A stretch of DNA of 63,571 nt, filler included, from Chiloscyllium plagiosum (taxonomy: Eukaryota): the NCBI RefSeq assembly GCF_004010195.1. It is 4 parts of one record of this genome, joined end to end, with 100 filler letters (N's around TTAATTAATTAA, not from the genome) between each part and the next. Parts side by side here need not be neighbours in the genome. Positions count along the whole stretch, not along the records: positions 1 to 18,381 come from NC_057712.1; positions 18,482 to 44,891 come from NC_057712.1; 2 more parts are not named here. One strand, written 5' to 3'. The translations under genes and the position numbers were made by a program. Below the pieces are notes generated by a model. The model was not told the origin of the DNA and ran no database searches. It saw only the letters and a program-made list of their open reading frames with translations. The number at the start of each line of letters is the position of its first letter. The first letter of the stretch is position 1. Positions 12,021-23,307 of the stretch are shown here, piece by piece.

Positions 12021-13727
12021 GAAACAGGTAAAAAAGGATGTGATGGAGGGCTGAAAATCTGGGACAGACTTCTAAGGGGGAAGATAAGGAGATTGAGTAA
12101 GAGCAACAATAATGAGAAGTATAAATCTCGAAAGGTAAGCAGCTCCTGTTTATTCCCAGAAGCAAATGCATTTTTTTAATCTTTGTTTTTCCTTTTGTTC
12201 AATATAAAGTAAGTCTTTCAACCCTTTGAAGACTTTGCAACATATAATGTTTCCTCATTGAAGAATGAAAAGGTATTATGTTACAGTGACATTTGGCAAA
12301 AAGTAGTAATCCCTTAGACATAGCTCTAACATGATATGGATCATCAGCATAGCTTTATTGTTATGGCTGCAGTAACAGTGATAATCGTTTAGACAGGTGA
12401 TCATGTAAAGTAGCAATTCATTTACAGATGTGAGTTTCTGTTTCCATTTCATACAACCTTTTTGCCCTGAGAGAATGTTCAATTTCATTGCCCTCCCACT
12501 ACGTGCATTGTGAAGGGCTATTCATGGCTGGCAATGATTGACCTAGTACACAGCTGATTTTTAAACATGGTGCCAATGGTGGAAATCCTGGAAGGTCCCA
12601 TGTGAAATAATGTGTTTGAACTCACTGAGGCAAAACCCTCCATGGAACTTCCTGAAATTGACACTCGGTCAAGTTTTGGTAAAATTCAGTTCTCATGCTA
12701 CCGGCAATGTGGCATTTAAAATATAACAACTTGGCATGGAAAAGAACATGATAATGTACAACACAATAGGCTCCCTAATAAAGTAAGAGTCCATGGTGTT
12801 GAAGGCTGTATATTAGCATGAATAGAGGATTGAGTACCTAATATAAGACAAAGAGTTGACAAAAAAGGGGCATTTTCAGGATGGCAGCCTCTAACTAGTA
12901 GTTTGCCACATGAGTCATTGCTGGAGCCACAATTATTTACAATAAATATTATTGACTTTGATGAGGTAAGTGACTATACTATAGCCACTATTGAAGAATA
13001 GTTTGGAAGGCAAGTGATAAGGCTGACACAGAGTTGGCAGAGAGATACAAGCTGGTTGAGTGGATGGACAAAACTTGACAGAGGGAATATAATGTAGGAA
13101 AATGTGAGATTTTGCACTCTGGCAGGAGGAATAGAGGAACTAAATATTACTTAAATGGTAAAAGGCTGCAGAAAGCTACAGAACAGAGGGATTTGGTAGT
13201 CCATTAATCATAAAAAGCTAACATCCAACTTCTGTAAGTAATAGGGAAGGCAAATGCAAATTTGCCTTTATTTCAAATGGAATTGAGTATAAAAGTAGGG
13301 AGACTTTGCTTAATCTATATAAAGCACTAGTCAGACCACAAGCTGGAACACTGAAGAATTTTGGGTCCCTTATCTAGGGAAAGATATACTGATGTTGGAG
13401 GCAGTCCAAAGAAGATTCATTAGGCTGATACTAGTTATGAAGGGACAAGCTTATGAGGTGAAGTTCACTAAGTTGGGTCTATACTTATTGGAATATAGAA
13501 GAATGAGAGGTGACCTTATCGCAACATACAAGACTCCTGGAGGACTTGACCAGGTAAATGCAAAGTAATTGTTTCCCCTTGTGGGAGAGTCTAGGACCAG
13601 AGGGCATAACTTTAGAATTTATGTGCCCATTTAAGACACAGTTGAGAAGCAATGTCTTCTCTCAGAGAATTGTGAATCTGTGGATGTTTTTATCACAGAG
13701 GCTGTCGAGACTTAGTAATTACGTATA

Positions 13728-13900
13728 CAGAGGAACCTCGATTATCTGAAAGACTGGGCGAGGAATATTTTGTTTGGTTAATCAAATTCTGGATAATTGA
13801 ATACTGGATAACATAGTTTAGCCGAGCATCCGGACCTTGCGGTCTTGCCAGATAATCTGATATTCAGGTAATCGAATGCTGAATAATCGAGGTTCCTCTG
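13728..13900. mobile_element. Tigger/pogo-like MITE, 173 bp
   Basis: TIRs cagaggaacctcgattat / ataatcgaggttcctctg, flanked by TA on both sides. Confidence 0.9.
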
Positions 13901-13987
13901 TATTCTGGCTGAGATGGATAGCTTTTTAATAAGTAATGGAATCAAGGGTTATGTGACAAAGATGGGAAAGTGGAGTTGAGGATTACC

Positions 13988-14168
13988 AACATCACACTCT
14001 AAATTTTTGCTATAAATTCTGTGCCTTATAATTGTGTCCTCCACAACCACCTGACGAAGGAGCGGTGTCCGAAAGCTAGTGCTTCCAATTAAACCTGTTG
14101 GACTATAACCTGGTGTTGTGTGATTTTTAACTTTGTACACCCCAGTCCAACACCGGCATCTCCAAATC
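13988..14168 (+). mobile_element. Penelope-like element terminal fragment, family 2, with hammerhead-like core
   Basis: cac-CTGACGA-a-GGA gcggtg TCC-GAAAG-CTA-gtg at 14048-14081; same family at ~18730-19077 and 37576-37706. Confidence 0.7.
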
Positions 14169-14464
14169 AAATCAGCCATGATATAATTGAATGGCAGAGC
14201 AGACAATTAGGTTGAATGGTGTACTTCCCTCCTACATCTGATGGTCTTATGGTATATATTTACCAGGAAAGCAAATATAGCTCATTGAGGATACCAAAAG
14301 ATACCATGCTACTGTAATCTGTTTGTCTCAATATTGATGAGTGCTGATATGAAAGTATTTTATTTATATACCTATATTCTGGTAGATTTTGAATGTTTTG
14401 TTAAGTCCAGGCACTTATGTTTTAGAATGTCACATTTCTAATCTAATTCTCTCCCTTTGTCTAG

Positions 14465-14523
14465 TTGGAAAATGCTTACCGAATTGTGGACCGTGATGCT
14501 GTGGTAAACATTTTAGGATTCAC
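14465..14523 (+). CDS. ADGRF-family exon: middle of SEA domain
   Basis: ctctccctttgtctAG acceptor and GTaagt donor; phase 0 to phase 2. LENAYRIVDRDAVVNILGF(T) corresponds to the segment preceding the SEA G-S-V-V autoproteolysis motif. Confidence 0.85.
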
Positions 14524-14730
14524 GTAAGTGAAGTATTTTGAGGAGAGATTTCTCCACTCATTGTTAATATGTGATATAAACTAGAACCGAGTAGGGAGGA
14601 AGTATGGAGGTGCAGCAGTGACAGAGGTCTAGGATAGTTGCATCTTGTCATTTATGATGAAGTGTAGTTCCCTGCGAAATAACATGGCTGCAGTCTGTAT
14701 TAGATTACGATTTAGGTTCTGAAAGAGCTT

Positions 14731-15031
14731 TCGGTGGCATGGTGGCTCAGTGGTTAGCACTGCTGCCTCACAGCACCAAGGACTCAGGTTCGATTCCAGC
14801 CTTGGGCAACTGTCTGTGTGGAGTTTGCACATTCTCCCCTGTCTGCGTGGGTTTCCTCCCACACCATAGATGTGCAGGTTAGGTGGATTGGCCATGCTAA
14901 ATTGCCCATAGTGATAGATCAGTAGTCAGGCGTAAATGTAGGGGAATGGGTGTGGGTTGGATACTCTTCAGAGGGTCAATATTGGCTTGTTGGGCTGAAG
15001 GGCCTGTTTCCATACTGTAGGGAATCTAATC
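14731..15031 (+). mobile_element. HE1-type V-SINE
   Basis: A/B-box head, tgtctgtgtggagtttgcacattctccc core, gggctgaagggcctgtttcc tail with aatct repeats. Confidence 0.9.
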
Positions 15032-15454
15032 TGATCAAAGGCTGTTTTAATGAGATGATATATGATACCTATCCAGGTCACTAATGTCCTTTAGGGGAGA
15101 AAACTTTCATTTTTATCTGGTCTGGCCTACATGTGACCTCAGGCTCACAGCAATATGGCTGACACTTAACTGCCATCTGGGCAATTCGGGATGACAATAA
15201 ATGCTGACACCCTTGTCCTGTGAATGAGTAAAAAAAAATCATCCTGCCTGTCCTTGACAAGGTGGAAAGGATGTTTTCTCTTGTTCGTCAGTAAAGAATT
15301 ATGGGGCATTTTTTTCAAATTATGGGTCACCTTTTCAGGACAGAGCTGAGAATTTTTCTTCTGAGGGCCGTGCTACTTTGGAATACTCTACATCAAAAGG
15401 CAGCAAAGAATATTTTTGAATGTTTTTTTAATGAATATTCATTGAATACCTTGT

Positions 15455-15770
15455 GGGCGGCACGGTAGCACAGTGGTTAGCACTGCTGCTTCACAGCGCC
15501 AGAGACCCGGGTTCAATTCCCGCCTCAGGCGACTCTCTGTGTGGAGTTTGCACATTCTCCCCGTGTCTGCGTGGGTTTCCTCCGGGTGCTCCGGTTTCCT
15601 CCCACAATCCAAAAATGTGCAGGGGTTAGGTGAATTGGCCATGCTAAATTGCCCGTAGTGTTAGGTGAAGGGGTAAATGTATGAGAATGGGTCTGGGTGG
15701 GTTACGCTTCGGCGGGTCGGTGTGGACTTGTTGGGCCGAAGGGCCTGTTTCCACACTGTAAGTAATCTAA
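15455..15770 (+). mobile_element. HE1-type V-SINE, full-length and CpG-rich (young)
   Basis: gggcggcacggtagcacagtggttagcac head, B box ggttcaattcc, complete V-core, CR1-shared tail. Confidence 0.95.
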
Positions 15771-16189
15771 AAAAAAAAAGAATATTTTTAAGGCAGAGGA
15801 GATGGGAATATGGAATTTGAAGCACAAACAGATCAAGCATGGTCTTATTGAATAAAAGAGCAGGCTGAGAGGCCAGATGGTCTACTTCTATTCCTATTCT
15901 GTATGTTAATGATTCTTAAATGTTGGAACTGCACCCATCTAGGCAAGTGGAGAGTATTCTATATCTCTCCTGATGGCAATGGGGAGACAGGAGGTGAGTT
16001 CCTCACTTCAAAAATTCCTAGCTTCTGTAATTTCATTTTTCTTTTGGTTGACCAAAAGAAATCAGTTTCTGGTCACCATTAGCCTCCAGAAAGTTGATGT
16101 GATGGATCTATCAATGGAAATATCATTTTAAAACAAGGGAAAATAGTCAGATAGAATCCCTACAGTGTGGAAGCAGGACACTTAGCCAC

Positions 16190-17620
16190 TGGAAAAGTTC
16201 TAGAAGACTGGACGGTGGCTAATGTTGTTCCATTGTTTAAGAAAGGTAGCAAAGACAAGCCAGGGAACTACAGGCCAGTGAGCTTGAATCAGTGGTAGGC
16301 AAATCGTTGGAGAGGATACTGAGGGACAGGGTCAACCAACATTTGGATAGTCAAAGTCTGATTGAGAATAATCAGCATGGATTTGTGCATAGGAAGTCAT
16401 GTCTGACAAAGAGGTAACCAAGAGGATAAATGAAGGTAGGGCAGTGGATGTTGTCTATGTTGATTTTAGTAAGGCCTTTGACAAGGTCCCGCACAGCAAG
16501 TTAGTCATGAAGGTTAGCTCACATGGGATCCGGGGGAGCTAGCTAATTGGATTCAAAATTGGCTCGATGGTAGGAAGCAGAGGGTAATGGTTGAAAGTTG
16601 TTTCTTGTTGGACTGGAGGTCTATGACTAATGGTGTGCCACAGGGGTTGGTGCTGGGACCAACATATCTGTTATTTACTTAAATGATCTGGATGTGAATG
16701 TACAAGGCATGATTAGAAAGTTTGCAAATGATACAAAATTAGGGCATATTGTTGATAGAGAGGAAGGTTATCAAAAATTACAGAGGAATCTTGATCAGAT
16801 GGGGAAGTGGGCTGAGGATTGGTCAATGCAATTCAATACAGATAACTGTGAGGTGTTGCACTTTGTAAAGTCAAACTAAGGTAGGACTTATACAACAAAT
16901 GGTAAGGCCCTGAGGAGTGTTGTGGAACTGAGGGATCTAGGAGTACAAGTAGATAGTTTTTTGAAAGCAGCATCACAGGCGGACAGGGTGGCAAAGAAGA
17001 CATTTAGCACGCTGGTCTTCATCAGTGGAGTCATTAAGTACAGATTTGGGACGTTATGTTACAGTCATGTAAGTCATTGGTGAAGCAGCATTTGGAGTAT
17101 TGTGTACAGTTTTGGTCACCCTGTTTTCAGAAAGACATAGTTAAACTGGAAAGTGTGCAAAGAAGATTTACGAGGATGTTTGCCAGGACTAGTAGGCCTG
17201 AGTTATAGGAAGAGTTTGGTCAGCATAGGACTTTATTCCTTGCAACATAGGAAAATGAGGGGGTGCCCTTATTGAGGTAAATGAAATCATGAGGGGCATA
17301 GATAGGATGAATGAATATAGTCATTGTCTGAGGGATGGTGAATTGAAAACTAGAGGGCATAGGTTTAAAGTGAGAGGATAAAGTTTTAGGAAGGACTTGA
17401 GAGGCAACTTCTTCACGCGGAGAGTGGTGCATATATAGAATGGGCTGCTAGAGAAAGTGGTTGAGGCAGGTACAATTACAACATTAAAAAAAACATTTGG
17501 AATGGTACATGGAGGATTTAGAGGGATATGGATCAAATGCAGCAATTAGAACTAGTTGAGTGAGTATCATGGTCAGCAGGCGAAAAGGCCTGTTTCCATG
17601 CTGTGTTACTCTTTGACTCT
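16190..17620 (+). mobile_element. CR1 LINE ORF2 (RT domain to 3' tail), inserted into a minus-strand HE1 SINE (16150-16189 plus 17621-17902)
   Basis: LEDWTVANVVPLFKKG, DFSKAFDKVPH, GVPQG and KFANDTKLG motifs; imperfect flanking duplication acttagcccact / atttggcccatt. Confidence 0.9.
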
Positions 17621-18089
17621 ATTTGGCCCATTGAGTCCACGCTGAATTCCCATCCAGACCCAATCCTATCCCTGTAACCCTGCATTTCTCATGGCTAACC
17701 CACATAGCCTGCACACTATGGGCAATTTAGCATGGTCATTTCACCTAACTTGCACATCTTTGGACTGTGGCAGGAATCCAGAGCATCCAGAAGAAATCCC
17801 TTGCAGACACAAGGAGAATGTGCCAACTTCACACAGTCACCGGAGGTAAGAATTGAACCCAGGTCCCTGGGGCTGTGAGGCAGCATGCTAACCACTGTGC
17901 CACTGATGTGGAATCCCTTCTGTTGCAAATGCTCATTTCTTGGGACTTATTTATCATCATCCTGCACATTGTTTAGATCTTGTGAATGAGCACATAGACT
18001 GCTATAAGAAATGTAGTGGGCAGCTGATAAATTACACTGATAATTTATTAATATATAAAAGCAGTACTAAATTAGGCAGTAAAAATGGT

Positions 18090-19077
18090 GAAAGTGAGGG
18101 CTGCAGATGCTGGAGATCAGAACTGAAAATGTGTTGCTGGAAAAGCGCAGCAGGTCAGGCAGCATCCAAGGAACAGGAGAATCGACGTTTCAGGCATAAG
18201 CCCTTCAGGAATGAGGAAAGTGTGTTCAGCAGGCTAAGATAAAAGGTAGGGAGGTGGGACTTGGGGGAACGGCGTTGGAAATGCGATAGGTGGAGGGAGG
18301 TCAAGGTGAGGGTGATAGGCCGGAGTGGGGTGGGGGCGGAGAGGTCAGGAAGAAGATTGCAGGTTAGGAAGGCGGTGCTGANNNNNNNNNNNNNNNNNNN
18401 NNNNNNNNNNNNNNNNNNNNNNNNNTTAATTAATTAANNNNNNNNNNNNNNNNNNNNNNNNNNNNNNNNNNNNNNNNNNNNCTGACCTATCACCTTCATC
18501 TCCTCCCCCACTCACCTATTGTACTCTATGCTACTTTCTCCCCACCCCCACCCTCCTCTAGCGTATCTCTCCACGCTTCAGGCTCTCTGCCTTTATTCCT
18601 GATGAAGGGCTTTTGCCTGAAACGTCGATTTTGCTGCTCGTCGGATGCTGCCTGAATTGCTGTGCTCTTCCAGCACCATTGATCCAGAATCTGGTTTCCA
18701 GCATCTGCAGTCATTGTTTTTACCTTCAACATATTGTCTAGCTATCACCATTGTTAACAGCTAACCTGAGAATGCAACTTTTAAAAAAAGGTTTTGTGAT
18801 TTACACATGAAAGAAGTGAAACTATCACTGTATTCTAACAGACGAAAGACTCAACAGACAATCAAGGTATTTTTCAATGTATAATTTCGGTTACATCACA
18901 CTGTAAATATTTGCTATAAATTCTGTGCCTTACAATTGTGTCCTCCGCAATCACTTGATGAAGGAGCGGCGCTCTGAAAGCTAGTTTGTTTCCAATTAAA
19001 CCTGTTGAACTATAATCTGGTGTTGTGTGATTTTTAACTTTGTACACCCTTGTCTAACACCGGCACCTCCAAATCAT
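18090..19077. mobile_element. Cluster of Penelope-like element ends on both sides of a scaffold gap
   Basis: Family 1 end (-) 18090-18381; family 1 end (+) 18482-18725; family 2 end (+) ~18730-19077. Confidence 0.75.
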
Positions 19078-19474
19078 GGTTTAGCAATGGCCTTGCAGAG
19101 TACTAGGAGGCCTGTTGATGAATAGTCTGAAATTAGTTTGACAGCTTCAGTGTGCTGCATTTAAGAGACTGCAGATTCTGTTAGCATTTGGCATTGTATC
19201 ACACTCAGGGCTTTTAACAAAAAACGTTTAGCAGCGAGAGCCAGTCTGACTAACCAGGTTATAGGAAGACAAGATCTAAGTTACCCTGGAGCTTCATTCA
19301 CATGCCAACTTGCAAGACTGGCCCTGCTCAATTATTATTTTCATATTGTTTGTCAACCCCTGAAAAATTCTTATAGAGCCCAATTTGAGAACTTCTCTCA
19401 TAACAATAACTACACTTGGAATGTTTTTAATTGGCACTAAGGTACCTGGGATATTCTTATATTGTAACTGAATA

Positions 19475-19849
19475 CAGTAGCGCCTCGACTTACGAACTTA
19501 ATCCGTTCCAGGACCCGGTTCACGAACCAAAAGGTTCGCGAACTGAATCAATTTTTCCCATTGTTCGGATAGCGTAAGAATGCTTGGACGTAGCAACGAA
19601 CGCTGTTCACAGCGCACACGCCAAAGAGGAACTGGATGAGATCACGCGGAGCCCGAGAGCTTTTGCGTTCAACAAGCGCATAGCAAAGAAGAACAATGAA
19701 ACCACGGAATCGCACACGGGCTTTTTGCGTTCGCACCTTCGTTTGTACCTTGAATTTCGTATGTACGTTGAAGCAAAATTTTACGTACAATCCTGTTCGT
19801 AAACCGATTTGTTTGTGAACGGGTTCGTTCGTATGTCGAGGCGCTACTG
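19475..19849. mobile_element. Tigger/pogo-like MITE, 375 bp, CpG-rich
   Basis: TIRs cagtagcgcctcgacttacgaac / gttcgtatgtcgaggcgctactg (22/23 match); TA on both flanks. Confidence 0.92.
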
Positions 19850-20399
19850 TAATTGCAATTCTTTCTTTCTACCATTTTGCCATCCTCTTTTAAACTCAGT
19901 ATTAAATAAGGTCGGTGCACTAGATATTGTAATTTAAAGGTAACCTTTAGAGAAGTGATAAATATACTTTAATGAGAACCAGCCAAGGCTGAAACATGGG
20001 AATATAGAAATAGAAGCAGGAGTAGGCTATTTTGCCCTTCAAATATGCTCTGTCTTTCAATATGAGGACTCTATCTCAAAGTCTATTCCCACCTTCTCTT
20101 TATTCCCTTAATGCCTTTTATATCTAAGAATTTATCTTTCTTGAATATACTCATTGACCACTCTTCTACAGTCTTCTGAGGTCTTGAATTTCACAGATTG
20201 ATAACCTCTGAATGAAGAATCTTTTCCTCAACTCAATCCTGAATGGCCTTCCCTGCATTCTGAGACTGTGACCCAGGGCAGGACATGGGAACCCCTTCTC
20301 CCATCTCGGGGTAAATCCAACCTCTACCCCTGGCATGTGTGAGCTGCATGATAAAAATATGTATGGCAGGTTAGCCAATTTTCTTTTAAAAAACACTGA

Positions 20400-21480
20400 T
20401 TCATTCACTGGATAATGGCATCACTGAAGGCCAGTTGCTTTTGCCTATCAGCAGCTGCCCTGGAGGTGTCAGTCTTTCTGAACTATTGCAGTCTGTGTGG
20501 TGGAGGTACTCCAACAATGCTGTTAGGCAGGAATTCCAGGAATTTGGCCTGTTGATGATGAAAGGGAGATGATCTATTTTCAAATCAGTATGGAGTGAGA
20601 TGTGATGGGCAAATTGCAAGTTGTGATGATCCCATGCATCTGTTGCCCTTATTCCATGGAGGTGGCAGAGGTTCATGTTTGACTGGCACTGTTCAAGGAG
20701 CTTTCGTGAATATGCATCTTGAAGATAGAAAACATTGCTGCAATATATCCTTATTGGTGGAGGGATTAAATATTTAAGTAGTGGTTTTGTCCTGGATTGT
20801 GGCAAACTTCTTGGATGCTGCAGTCATCTGGGTAAGTAGACAATCACGTAAATGTAGCACTAAGGGGAATCAGTGACCTGTTCATCCAGAAACCCAGGTA
20901 ATGTTCTGGGGACTCAGGTTTGAATCCTGCCATGTCAAGAATTCAAATTTAAAAATCTGGAATTAAGATGATGACCATGAAACTAAAGTCATTGTTGGAA
21001 ACATCTGTCTAGTTCACTAATGTTCTTTAGGGAGGGAAACTGTCATTTTTATCTGGTCTGGCCTACTTGTGACTCTTGACTCATAACAATGTGGATGACT
21101 TTTAACTGTTCTCTGGGCAATTAGGAATGGGCAATAAATAATATAGCCTCATCCAATGAACGAATAAAACATAGTTAATAAACTCGAAATTATCCAGGAC
21201 AAAACAGCCCAATTGATTGGCATCACATCCACAAACCTTCATTCCCTCATCAACAGCACACAAGTAGCAGAAGTGTGTATTTTATACAAGATCACTGTCG
21301 CAATTCACCAAGGCTTTTTCAAGAGCACCCTTCAAACCCCTAACCTCTGCCACTTTGTATGACAATGGCAGCATGGGGACTACCACCACCTCCAAGTTCC
21401 CCTCCAAGCAACACACCATTCAGATTTGGAATAATATTGCCGTTCCTGCAATGCTGTTGGGTGAAAATGCTGGATCTCTC
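20400..21480. mobile_element. CR1/L2-like LINE 3' fragments (- at 20400-20830, + at 21180-21480) around a family B SINE (~20850-21170, +)
   Basis: Similar to 27200-27660 and 58850-59160 within this window. Confidence 0.6.
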
Positions 21481-21547
21481 TTCCAGGATCTCTGTTCAGC
21501 ATGGTGAGTGTACCTATACCAGATGGGCTGGCCTGACTCATGAAGGC

Positions 21548-22633
21548 AAAAATGAGGGCTACAGATGCTGGAGATTAGAGTTTAGATTTGAGTGGTGCTG
21601 AAAAGCACAGCAGGTCAGGCAGCATCTGAGGAGAAGAAAAATCGACGTTTCGGGCAAGAGCCCTGAGTTTCATTGCTGCCCTCAAGCTGGTGACACAGCT
21701 TCATGAATCATGATCTGAGTGGTGCTGGAAAAGAACAGCAGGTCAGGCAGCATCCGAGGAGCAGGAAAATCGAAGTTTCGGGCAAAAGCCCTTCATCAGG
21801 AATGAGGCCGGAAGCCTCGGGAGTGGAGAGATAAATGGGAGGGGAGTGGGGCTGGGGAGAAGGTAGTTGGGAGTGCAATAGGTGGATGGACCAAGGGGTA
21901 AAGATGATAGGTCAGAGAGGATGGTGGAGCGGATAGGTGGGAAGGAAGATTGACAGGTAGGGCAGGTCATGATGATGGTGCTGAGCTGGAAGGTTGGAAC
22001 TGGGGTAAGGAGGGGGGAGGGGGAATGAGGAAACTGATTAAGTCCACATTGATGCCCTGGGATTGAAGTGTTCCTAGGCGGAAGATGAGGCATTCTTCCT
22101 CCAGGTATCAGGTGGTGAGGGAGTGGTGGTGGAGGAGGCCCAGGACCTGCATGTCCTTCACAGGCAACCTCCACCGCCACTCCCTCTCCATCTGACGCTT
22201 GGAGTAAGAACGCCTCATCTTCCTCCTCAGAACCCTTCAACCCCAGGACATCAATGTGGACTTCACCCGTTTCCTCATTTCCAAACTTCTAGCTCAGTTC
22301 CAAACTTCTAGCTCAGCACCATCCTCAAGACCTGTCCCACCTGTCAATCTTCCTTCCCACCTATTCACTCCACCCTCCCCTCTGACCTATCACCTTTACC
22401 CCTTGGTCCATCCACCTATTGCACTCTCAACTACCTTCTCCCCAGCCCCACCCTCTCCCATTTATCTCTCCACCCGCAAGGCTTTCAGCCTCATTCCTGA
22501 TGAAGGTCTTTTGCCCAAAACGTTGATTTTCATGCTCCTCCGATGCTGCCTGACCTGCTGTGCTTTTCCAGCACCACTCTGATCATGATTCATGAAGATG
22601 TGTCACCAGCTTGAGGGCAGCAATGATACTCAG
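21548..22633. mobile_element. Composite Penelope-like insertion forming a ~1-kb hairpin that includes 52 bp of inverted non-PLE flank
   Basis: PLE end 21548-21663; 21663-21714 is the reverse complement of 22581-22633; PLE 3' region on - (21715-~22150) and on + (~22140-22580). Confidence 0.85.
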
Positions 22634-23307
22634 ACCCTGTAAAAGTCATAAGAAAGCCAAACCCACTGAAAGGGAGCACTATGCATTCCTTTTTATATGT
22701 ATATAATTTAGGATATGTATATCTATACCTTTTTATCAACTGAACTAAATAAGCTTTTACATTGCCTATTACTTCATTTGTTTTGCATTTCTATGGAACA
22801 ATGAAGTTTTGTATTGAAACCAAACTCCCCCTTATCTGGTGTTAACCTCGGTTTAGTTTTGGGAACATTGAAGTAACAAACAGGCAAATGACATGTGTTT
22901 CCAGTTCAAGTCACAAAGAGGTTCTATTGTTATAGCTCCAAGTTGCCTAACCATACTGGGGAGTGTGAGTCAACCCTTGCGAAAATAAATTACTCACTAT
23001 GGGAGCTGACACCACAGAACCAGACAAGGTTTCTATGGCAGACCCAAATCCATAACAGGAATTAACAAGAGAAACAGATGGCACAAATAGAGTGCTATTT
23101 CGAGGATTTTGATCATTTTATACATACACCTCTAGCTTAAATATGTCAATATAATGGATCAAAGCCAAATATTTTATCTAAGAGAAACTAATTTCATCAA
23201 TGAAAATTTCATTTTGATTATTCAAGTCAAAGTAATAATTAGGCCCTGTAATTCGTCAAGCCAATTAAACAAGTCAATCTTTCTAATCAGCAATTTTGAT
23301 TCGGAAT

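Larger units (their letters stand above)
12700..14230 (+). mobile_element. Degenerate CR1 LINE ORF2 3' half with nested MITE and PLE end
   Basis: EYNVGKCE, LYKALVRP, RMRGDLI and QRIVNLW motifs; CR1-type tail near 14170-14230. Confidence 0.8.

Noticed and set aside
15455..15530. tRNA-like A/B boxes here and in other SINE heads (e.g. ~7935-8000)
   Set aside because: They are SINE promoters continuing into SINE bodies, not tRNA genes.
18426..18437. TTAATTAATTAA island inside an N gap (also at ~44936 and ~60039)
   Set aside because: Identical 12-mer with stops in all six frames embedded in scaffold gaps; an artificial contig linker, not biology.
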